This document shows positions 57,343 through 64,000 of a DNA stretch of 64,000 bases, piece after piece. The stretch's first letter is position 1. Each line of letters opens with the position of its first letter. The DNA lies in the IMG/VR virus record IMGVR_UViG_3300046557_000512, positions 16,302-80,301 of that record; one strand, written 5' to 3'. The translations under genes and the position numbers were made by a program. Source of the DNA: a virus. The notes beneath the pieces are model-generated. The model did not search any database, was not told the origin of the DNA, and saw only the letters and a program-made list of their open reading frames with translations.

Positions 57343-57357
57343 GAACATAGAAAGAAC
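57343..57357. promoter_or_regulatory. Alphaproteobacterial LexA (SOS) box
   Basis: GAACatagaaaGAAC (GTTC-N7-GTTC on the minus strand) overlapping a TATGTT -10-like element. Confidence 0.65.
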
Positions 57358-57477
57358 GATTCGTGAAGGGCCACCGCGACCTTTGGGCGAACCTAATGGG
57401 GTTTCTGGCAAACTTGCCAACCCGGCTTAGTCAACCATTTCTTGACTCGCGCGTTCTACACACCATAACATGTTGCT

Positions 57478-57497
57478 GTGCGATAACGTTATCGCAC
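57478..57497. promoter_or_regulatory. Perfect 20-bp palindrome in the TA promoter (operator)
   Basis: GTGCGATAAC-GTTATCGCAC downstream of a TTGACT...TAACAT promoter. Confidence 0.65.
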
Positions 57498-57521
57498 GAC
57501 AGACGTGAAAGGAGGACGGAC

Positions 57522-57674
57522 ATGGCAATGAGCAAATTCCTCCTCGTAGAGGACACCCAGACCAAGCGCCCGGTGCGCATGGCGAAGCCGACGGGCCGCA
57601 AGGTCAATCCGGCTGAGGCGGTCGCTCTCACGCTCGCTCGCTATCCCAACGTGATGGCGCATCTCGCGGAATGA
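57522..57674 (+). CDS. Short antitoxin of the Doc toxin
   Basis: 50 aa, SD AGGAGG, C-terminal RYPNVMAHLAE helix, ATGA overlap with doc. Confidence 0.7.
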   Translation: MAMSKFLLVEDTQTKRPVRMAKPTGRKVNPAEAVALTLARYPNVMAHLAE

Positions 57675-58138
57675 GCCAAGAGCCTGAGTGGATCTCGGTT
57701 GAAGACCTGATCGGCTTCAACCAACAGATCGTCGCGTCCTCGACGCCACCCGAGCCCCACTTAATCGTGATCTCAGGAGCGATCGAGGCGGCTCAGGCTT
57801 CGCCCGTCAACCACTACCACTATGACGGCGTGGAAGACATCGTCGCGCTCGCAGCCCAGCTATGCCTGGCGGTGTCGCGCGCCCACGCATTCCAGCAGGG
57901 CAACAAGCGCACTGGCTTCGTCGCGATGCACGAGTTCCTGCGCATCAACGGCTACATGCTCGATGTGCCCGACACGACGGCGTTCTCGGATCTCATGATC
58001 CGGCTGCTCGAGGACGACGGCCTGCTCCCGCTGTTCATGCATCTGATCGACGAGCACCTGGTCGATGTCGAGGACGACGATGTCGACTTCAGCGAGGTTA
58101 TCGTCGTGCCCTTCGGCACGCTGGGCGATCAGGACTAG
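57671..58138 (+). CDS. doc: Fic/Doc family toxin
   Basis: HAFQQGNKRTG, FLRINGY. Confidence 0.82.
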   Translation: MSQEPEWISVEDLIGFNQQIVASSTPPEPHLIVISGAIEAAQASPVNHYHYDGVEDIVALAAQLCLAVSRAHAFQQGNKRTGFVAMHEFLRINGYMLDVPDTTAFSDLMIRLLEDDGLLPLFMHLIDEHLVDVEDDDVDFSEVIVVPFGTLGDQD

Positions 58139-58463
58139 CCAACAGCAGGCGCCGGCAGAGCGGTAATGCAAAGCGACCCCTGATCGCTTTGCCAGGTGCT
58201 GTCGAAGGATGGCTCGGAGCCGAACGGCACCCCTCCCCTCAAGAATCGACTGGGCCGAGGATGGCTTGGGCGTCCGAAATCTGTGGCATCGTTCGGACAG
58301 CGCATCGGCGGATGGCGTGGGTCGGCCGGGGACGCGGAACCGCGGGTCGAGCTGGGGGCACGGGGCAGCGAGCATACCGGAGGATGGCTGGGTCGCGCGG
58401 GAGCTCGGCTAATAGGCGGCATCCGGGTGAGGCGAACGGGAAATTTTCTAGGACTTCTTGACG

Positions 58464-58492
58464 GGGTGGTGCCCTCTTGCGGAGGGCACCAC
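58464..58492. terminator. Strong hairpin terminator at the convergence point
   Basis: ggtggtgccctc-ttgcg-gagggcaccacc. Confidence 0.7.
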
Positions 58493-58501
58493 CGAGTCGC
58501 G

Positions 58502-59371
58502 TCAAGCGGTCACGGTCGCGTCGGTCGCTTGCGTCATGTAGCGATTGCGGAACAGCTGGTAGAACCCATGATCGCGGTTGATGCTGATACCCCCGCGCGC
58601 ATGCTCTACCGTGCAGATGGTAGCGAGGCCCAGCACGTCGAGCACGTTGCGCACCTGGCTGCTCTGCGTGTCACGTCCACCGGACATGAACTTGTGCTGA
58701 TAGTCGCGCAAGTAAGCTGCTAGCTCTGCGTCGTTCACCAGCTTGTCAAAGCTAGCGTTCGACAGAAACGCGCGGTTGACCTTGTTACCGATCGGTGACG
58801 CGTCACGGTCTGCGACAGCGATAGAACAAGCGATGAACGCTTGCGTCACACGCTGAAAGCGCGATGCGTTACCGCAGATGAACGCACACACCTCAGTCAC
58901 CTTGTCGAGGCCCTTAGCGGTGAACTCGTTATTCGACATCACCTTGCGACGAATGACGTTCACCGGTTCGACGTTGAGGGCGAGGAAGCCGCGAGCGACA
59001 GCAACCGCGTTAGCGAGCATGTTGCGCTTTGCTTTAGCGTAGCTGGATGCGCTGTCATTGAGATCGAGACCCCGCGACTCTTCGAACGTGTCACGCGCCG
59101 CAAAGGTAGCGCGAATGTCGTCGATCATGGTGTCCACCGTGCCTTGATCGAACGAAAGCGCGATATCGCGCAACGACTGCATTGCGTCGCTATCGGTAAC
59201 GTCAATCACCGGTGTGTCGCTGTCGGTCGGTGCGAGCGCTTCAAGCACCGCATTGACGTCGACTTGATCGGTCGCGGTCAGCGTGTCGATCGTGATGGTT
59301 TCGAGGGCGACATTGGTTTCGTCGGTCACGTTGACGACAACCGGGGCTTGCTTGCGAGTGCGCTTAGTCAT
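58502..59371 (-). CDS. Hypothetical phage protein
   Basis: 289-aa ORF, SD GAAAGG, own promoter and terminator. Confidence 0.75.
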   Translation of the reverse strand: MTKRTRKQAPVVVNVTDETNVALETITIDTLTATDQVDVNAVLEALAPTDSDTPVIDVTDSDAMQSLRDIALSFDQGTVDTMIDDIRATFAARDTFEESRGLDLNDSASSYAKAKRNMLANAVAVARGFLALNVEPVNVIRRKVMSNNEFTAKGLDKVTEVCAFICGNASRFQRVTQAFIACSIAVADRDASPIGNKVNRAFLSNASFDKLVNDAELAAYLRDYQHKFMSGGRDTQSSQVRNVLDVLGLATICTVEHARGGISINRDHGFYQLFRNRYMTQATDATVTA

Positions 59372-59648
59372 GGTGAGAACCTTTCAAGTGTGTGTTACCG
59401 CACCGCTGCGGTGACACCTTTAGAGGACGATTCGCTGTGCGGGGCAAGGGTCAAAATGTCCTGCAATTATAGATATTTCCGGGATAGTTTCGGACCATAT
59501 CAGCGAATCACCTAATCGATTGATCGATTCGTCATGCATATAGAGCGCGCTTCGCTCAATCTGGATGTGTGTTGTTGACTCTGCACCGAATCACTCCTAG
59601 CTAGTGATTCGTCGGTGCAGCGGTGCACCGCTTTTGAAAGGTCTTCAG

Positions 59649-59801
59649 ATGGTCGACTTCTGGTGCATCTTCGCAGTGCTGAGCGCGTTTGCGATGGTCG
59701 TTCTCCTGGTCAAGCTGATCGACATGCGGGACGCGCGCACCATGACGCGCCGGCATCACCGGGTGCGGATCAACAAACTCGCAGATTTCCGCGGTCGGTA
59801 A
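59649..59801 (+). CDS. Small membrane protein
   Basis: MVDFWCIFAVLSAFAMVVLLVK, SD GAAAGG, promoter TTGACT-N17-TAGCTA. Confidence 0.55.
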   Translation: MVDFWCIFAVLSAFAMVVLLVKLIDMRDARTMTRRHHRVRINKLADFRGR

Positions 59802-60294
59802 AACGGTCGCACGCTAGGGCCGCGCGTCCCTGGTGGCGCGCGGTCATGCGCAGCGCCCCGCGCGCTCCCTGGGCATCCCTCGGCCCCGCGCGCGCGCCAC
59901 TGGTCCCATGGATCCCCTAGGCCCCGCGCTGCCCGATCCTTTCGCCGATCCGCGCCATCACCGGGCTAGCCGTATACCGCCACAGCCATAGCCGTTCACA
60001 AAGGCAGCCTTTCGCCGTGGGAGCCCGCGGGCACCGAGCTTGCGCCGATCCATGGGTGCCCTAGGCATGCCATGGCGCGCCACCCGGCACTCTCGCGAAA
60101 AAGGCGGCACCATTGGCACCGCCTCTCCCGTGGTGTGGATGATCGCGCGTATGGCGCGGATTACTTGCCCTTCATGCGACCTCCCTTTCTGCGCGCCCAC
60201 CTGGCCCGCCTTTCCTCTCGATCCACAGCGGGCTCGCCGAACGCGAGATCCATGAAAACGATGGCGCTCGACACGCGGTCACGCTCGCGCCGGC

Positions 60295-60507
60295 TCATTT
60301 CGAGCCAAACCCGCAGCGCAGCTTGAGCTTGCCGGAGATCCGCGGAGCTGATGCGAGCTCGGTCGTGGTGACCACGCCCTGCTCGACCTCGCCACGGATC
60401 GCGCGGTCCCAGTCGCGCTTACGCATGCCGTTGGTCTCTCCCACGCCGACGCGCGAGACTGCTCCCCCGTTGCCCAGGTAAGCTGTGACCAGATCCTTCG
60501 TTCCCAT
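60295..60507 (-). CDS. Small hypothetical protein
   Basis: MGTKDLVTAYLGNGGAV, SD GAGAGG. Confidence 0.6.
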   Translation of the reverse strand: MGTKDLVTAYLGNGGAVSRVGVGETNGMRKRDWDRAIRGEVEQGVVTTTELASAPRISGKLKLRCGFGSK

Positions 60508-60847
60508 GATTGACCTCTCATTCGTGATCAGCACCGCTGCTGACCATTTGAGAGTGCGCGATCGCGCGTAGGCGGTCGGGTGGCGAATGAGAGGGAGCGC
60601 GCTGGCATCGAGAAACGCCTGGTGCCAGCGGACCCCTCGGAAACGCCTGGTGCGCGTGGACCGGGTGCCTGCATGCCATGGACTGCCTCGGGAAGCCTAG
60701 GCTCGCCATGGATCATCGGCGCACAAGACAAAGGCGACCGAGGGAGCCCCGATCGCCTTGTCCCGCACCCAGGGGTTGAAAGGTCCTAAGACACCCTGGC
60801 TACTCGGTTCGTATATCTTGGCGCGCTAGGACCCGGCGCGCAAGTGA

Positions 60848-61027
60848 TTAGCCGACGTCGATCGGCATGATCGTGATTTCGGTGGGGCCATCGGACGCCT
60901 GGAGTTCGGCGAGAATGGGGTCGAGCGCGGTCATCATGGACTCGTCTGTATCGAGCCCCTCGATGCCAACCTCGATCACCGCGGCGAGTGCGACACGCTG
61001 GATGCCGGTGAGTTGGAAGCAAGCCAT
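60848..61027 (-). CDS. Small acidic protein
   Basis: MACFQLTG..., TGATG-coupled. Confidence 0.55.
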   Translation of the reverse strand: MACFQLTGIQRVALAAVIEVGIEGLDTDESMMTALDPILAELQASDGPTEITIMPIDVG

Positions 61028-61212
61028 CAGCGCTTGTCCTCGACGACACAGCGGAAGCGCGCGGTCACCCGCGAACCGGGGCCATCGTATAGCCGCGCAT
61101 TCACCGCCTTGGCGATGGCACGCTGACAGTCGGCCGGCGACCGGAAGCTGTCGAGCTGATAGATATTGCCGACGCCATTGATCGTCAGCACCATGACCAG
61201 GATGTGGAGCAT
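61027..61212 (-). CDS. Small hypothetical protein
   Basis: MLHILVMVLTING...F.S.ADC...FRCV, TGATG-coupled. Confidence 0.6.
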   Translation of the reverse strand: MLHILVMVLTINGVGNIYQLDSFRSPADCQRAIAKAVNARLYDGPGSRVTARFRCVVEDKR

Positions 61213-61289
61213 CAGCGCATGTCCTCGATGAAGCACACGCCGGCGGGGATGACCGCCAGCACGAGCATGATGATGCCGATGAAGTCCAT
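61212..61289 (-). CDS. 25-aa single-TM peptide
   Basis: MDFIGIIMLVLAVIPAGVCFIEDMR, SD AAAGGA, coupled to the next gene. Confidence 0.5.
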   Translation of the reverse strand: MDFIGIIMLVLAVIPAGVCFIEDMR

Positions 61290-61898
61290 GTTTCGCGTCC
61301 TTTCGATACCGCGAGCACCGCTGCTCACGAGTATTGAATGCACCGCTGGTGCGCGGAACGCGGGTGGCTTATATATCTGGCACCTCGGGATACCGCGGTT
61401 GCGCCGTGCAACGCCTCGGCGAGCCTAGGGTGCCCATGGGAGTTCGCGTGCCGCGGGGAGCCGTGGGAGTGTTGGCGCGAGAGGGAATGCGCTGGTGTGG
61501 CGGTGCCGCGGGGATAGCGGGAGTTCGTGGGGTCGGCGGCTGGCTCGGGTGCGCGAGAAGCCAATTGACAGAGGCTTGGCGCCCGCCGACCACCCTACCA
61601 TCGGCACGACCCGCTATACCCGCTCTGCCCCTTACGCTCCCCTAGCCTGCACGCTGCCCGTGCTCTCTCATTCTCTAGGTTGCCGCAACCACGGTGCCCT
61701 CTAGCTTAGCGCTCTATACGCTCTCTGCCCCTATGGTTCCTCTATACGTTGAACCACCTGCCCATGCGCTCAGCGCTGCTCCCAGGAGACCGAGGATCCC
61801 TGGTGCCGTGTCTCCTACCCATAGCGCTCCTATAGCGTTCGACAGCATCATCCCTGCCGAGATCAGTGCGAGCTTGGGTGCTAGGGTTGCTATGGTGT

Positions 61899-62219
61899 TC
61901 ATGCTTGCCTTCCCCTCTCGAAGTCCTCTTGCGACTGCCACACCCCTTTGATCCCTTTACGGTTGAGCGATGCCAGTCTGCGTTCTTCCCTGGTGGGTGG
62001 TGGAGCTCCGAGCCTGTTATCGTTGATGTGCTGCCTCAATGCGTCTCTTGCCGCGATCGATCGTTGACGGGCTTGCCGGTGAGTGTCGCATTGCTGGTTA
62101 TGGCGCCATTGATCCTTGCAGATAGGACACGTCCTCCATCCCTCCCCGATCTCGCGTTGGGTTTCGCGTTCGGCTTTCAGCTCGGTCTTGATGCGCTCAT
62201 AGGTGGCCTGGTCCATCAT
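61899..62219 (-). CDS. Hypothetical protein with CPIC...C..H motif
   Basis: Start MMDQAT, ATGA-coupled. Confidence 0.55.
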   Translation of the reverse strand: MMDQATYERIKTELKAERETQREIGEGWRTCPICKDQWRHNQQCDTHRQARQRSIAARDALRQHINDNRLGAPPPTREERRLASLNRKGIKGVWQSQEDFERGRQA

Positions 62220-62539
62220 GCCTCGAGATTCTTGGGTGGGATGCGTTCGACCAGCCTGAGCTCGCCGTCGATGTTGAGGTAGCGTTCGATCGTGCCATCT
62301 GCGAACACGCCGTAGCCGCTCCACCACTTCCATGCCGTCGGTTCCTCGGGTTCGGTGACCTCTATGGTGTCGATCGCCTCGCCATTCTTGAAGCGCGTGA
62401 TCTTGTGGATCCTGGGTTTGCCCAGCGTGCCTCCTACGAACATGGCGCCGTCGAAGCCTTCGATATGCGGCTTCAGCCAATCGGGCGCTTTCGCCATGTC
62501 GATTCCGGTGAACGGCTTGCTGATCTGCGGAATGGTCAT
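62216..62539 (-). CDS. Hypothetical protein
   Basis: Start MTIPQI, ATGA-coupled. Confidence 0.55.
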   Translation of the reverse strand: MTIPQISKPFTGIDMAKAPDWLKPHIEGFDGAMFVGGTLGKPRIHKITRFKNGEAIDTIEVTEPEEPTAWKWWSGYGVFADGTIERYLNIDGELRLVERIPPKNLEA

Positions 62540-62715
62540 TTGCTTTCCAGTTCCCATCTCAGAGCCTGTGCGGTCACGATCGCGATAGGTCGGTCGCCGC
62601 CAATTTGCTCGCTGCTCGGTTCCAAGTCGATGACGAGGGTCGCCTTGCCGAAGATGTATGTGTGGCCGTTTAGCCTGACCTCGCCGGGGCCGAGGGTGAG
62701 GTTCATCTTCTTCAT
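62536..62715 (-). CDS. 59-aa hypothetical protein
   Basis: Hand translation MKKMNLTLGPGEVRLNGHTYIFG..., ATGA overlaps at both ends. Confidence 0.55.
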   Translation of the reverse strand: MKKMNLTLGPGEVRLNGHTYIFGKATLVIDLEPSSEQIGGDRPIAIVTAQALRWELESK

Positions 62716-62996
62716 GCCGCTGCCTTATTCTCATCGACCCACTTGGTCAGCCATGCGTCATAGGCATCGTGGTCGACCAGGGAGGCGCTCTGTCCTGATC
62801 CGCGCGGGCCGGGCATGAACGCCTCGGGGTGCTCGCACTGGAAGTCCCTGATGCGGTCCCTGTTCCAGAACGTGAAGCCGCCATCGAACGCCGGCGTGTT
62901 GAGCTTGCCGCGATCGATGGCGGCCTGATCCTCAGGGCTGTTGCCGTGCGCACGCGCGTAATTGGCGTAGCGCGGGTTGTCGCCTAGTTCGGTCAC
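62712..62996 (-). CDS. Hypothetical protein
   Basis: NPRYANYARAHG...DHDAYDAWL. Confidence 0.6.
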   Translation of the reverse strand: MTELGDNPRYANYARAHGNSPEDQAAIDRGKLNTPAFDGGFTFWNRDRIRDFQCEHPEAFMPGPRGSGQSASLVDHDAYDAWLTKWVDENKAAA

Positions 62997-62999
62997 GTT

Positions 63000-63221
63000 C
63001 TACTCCTCGTGTTTGGTCCAGCCAGCTTTCGCCGCTGCGCTGTGCGCCTCGATCGCGCGCTCGATTGACTTCTGGGCGTCGCGGAGCTGAGACCATGCGT
63101 ATGATGGGTCGGACAGCTCGCCGAAGCCGTTATAGACGCGGCCGTCGAAATAACTGAGCGCCTGGCTCGCCTTCTCCGTTGCCTCGACGATGATGTTGGT
63201 CTGCTCCTTGGCGATCGTCAT
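63000..63221 (-). CDS. Hypothetical protein
   Basis: Operon-coupled small ORF. Confidence 0.55.
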   Translation of the reverse strand: MTIAKEQTNIIVEATEKASQALSYFDGRVYNGFGELSDPSYAWSQLRDAQKSIERAIEAHSAAAKAGWTKHEE

Positions 63222-63418
63222 CCTCGGTCAATCCTTGCTTGCCGCAGCGTGTCATTGCTGCCTGCCTCTATATGAGCATATGCCTTGGCGGCGTCGAGAA
63301 GCGCTTCCCTGAAGCCGATGTGCGTCAGGTAGCGCAGGGCTGTGTTGGTGGAGACCGGCGTCTTGGTCGCCATGCTGGTGACGAACGCCTCGATCGCCCC
63401 GTCCTCTGCGACGCTCAT
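63218..63418 (-). CDS. Hypothetical protein
   Basis: Operon-coupled small ORF. Confidence 0.55.
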   Translation of the reverse strand: MSVAEDGAIEAFVTSMATKTPVSTNTALRYLTHIGFREALLDAAKAYAHIEAGSNDTLRQARIDRG

Positions 63419-63642
63419 GCCGCGGTGAGGTTCTGGCTATAGGTGGAGACCAGCTCATCCACTTTGTCGTAGCGAATCGTCTCGACGGGCTTGAACTCAT
63501 TTTCGATTTCGCTGACCAGCGCTGCCAGGTCTTTTTCGTTGCCGCGATACGCGTTGCTCTCGACGGTGTGAGCCTCCTGGCCCGCCTCACCGAGGATTGC
63601 GACCATTCCTCTGCCGCGCTCGTTTGCGTAATAAAGCCTCAT
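63415..63642 (-). CDS. Hypothetical protein
   Basis: SD GAAAGG and leader hairpin. Confidence 0.6.
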   Translation of the reverse strand: MRLYYANERGRGMVAILGEAGQEAHTVESNAYRGNEKDLAALVSEIENEFKPVETIRYDKVDELVSTYSQNLTAA

Positions 63643-63723
63643 GCCTTCAACCTTTCACTACGCCAGCACCGCTGCTGACGATTCTACTATGTGTTCGATC
63701 GACGAGGCATGCGGGTGGCATCA

Positions 63724-63999
63724 TCAGAAGATCGCTCTTGCCGCGAGATCGTCCTCATCCTTGTCGCGCTCGCGGGTTTCGGCGCGGATCTCTGAGCGCA
63801 TGATGGCGCAAGGGAGAATCTGGTCGGCCGGGCAAGCATCTTCGCCGAGCCAATTCTCGAGCCTGGTAAGCGTGCCTTCGTTGTCCTCATAGACCGAAGC
63901 AGCGCGCTCCAGCGCGTCGTGGACGCATGGGAAGTCCTCATAGAGGTGCGTGCCATCGGGATCGTCCCAATGCAGCCGCATAGTCCGCGCCTCCATCAT
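63724..63999 (-). CDS. Acidic hypothetical protein (start may lie outside the window)
   Basis: ORF at the window edge. Confidence 0.5.
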   Translation of the reverse strand: MMEARTMRLHWDDPDGTHLYEDFPCVHDALERAASVYEDNEGTLTRLENWLGEDACPADQILPCAIMRSEIRAETRERDKDEDDLAARAIF

Positions 64000-64000
64000 G

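Larger units (their letters stand above)
2353..59586. promoter_or_regulatory. Dispersed 21-bp operator-like motif TGTGTGTYRTNNNNYATGCAC (about 22 copies)
   Basis: Plus orientation starts: 2353, 3310, 8738, 10381, 13126, 14005, 21005, 25079, 30431, 31549, 34900, 35909 (weak), 38530, 41864, 43605, 44405, 50179, 59566. Reverse orientation: 14115, 36847, 44512, 47960, 53794. Confidence 0.85.
59392..63680. promoter_or_regulatory. Five leader hairpins with invariant GCA-GCGG-TGC apex
   Basis: 59392-59417 (-), 59613-59630 (+), 60525-60546 (-), 61310-61329 (-), 63661-63680 (-). Confidence 0.75.
1..64000. mobile_element. Phage-plasmid (temperate siphovirus with iteron replicon and ParA partition), partial
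   Basis: Complete head, tail, lysis and terminase modules together with repA plus iterons, parA and a Doc TA pair. No integrase or host housekeeping genes in the window. Confidence 0.88.

Noticed and set aside
58139-62000. Protelomerase (tel) site, tRNAs or a DGR in the non-coding-rich arm
   Set aside because: No long perfect palindrome, cloverleaf, reverse transcriptase or TR/VR pair could be seen.

Overview
The window is a 64-kb slice of a large, GC-rich tailed-phage genome that carries its own plasmid replicon, i.e. a phage-plasmid. Gene content and order recall SSU5/pHCM2-like elements. The host is probably an alphaproteobacterium, possibly a sphingomonad, judged from the RPA-type initiator, GAAC-N7-GAAC LexA boxes and GANTC clusters. 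No integrase, tRNA, rRNA or CRISPR array was seen. Minus strand, about 1-44.4 kb: split CobT-like vWA genes, an HTH repressor candidate, repA flanked and overlapped by 13 iterons, a mini protein kinase, primase, DnaB helicase, PhoH, HNH, metallophosphoesterase, endolysin and holins, a full siphovirus tail and head module, terminase, and a ParB/ParB/ABC-ATPase/GNAT cassette directly upstream of terS. Plus strand, 44.5-58.1 kb: SF2 helicase, dNMP kinase, parA and partner, CMP kinase, spanins, ATP-dependent ligase, Nudix, dCMP deaminase, SLOG, a 2OG-Fe(II) oxygenase-like gene and a Doc-type toxin-antitoxin pair. 58.1-64 kb: small genes separated by unusual non-coding DNA. The most notable unexplained signals are (i) a 21-bp asymmetric motif, TGTGTGTYRTNNNNYATGCAC, present about 22 times over promoters and start codons; (ii) five covarying GCA-GCGG-TGC hairpins at a near-fixed distance upstream of start codons; (iii) 10-bp-phased CCNNGG hexamer arrays; (iv) the terminase-linked ParB-ABC-GNAT cassette with a GANTC cluster; and (v) a LexA-boxed antisense mini-gene that could be an antirepressor. 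All assignments come from motif reading and recall; no database searches were run.
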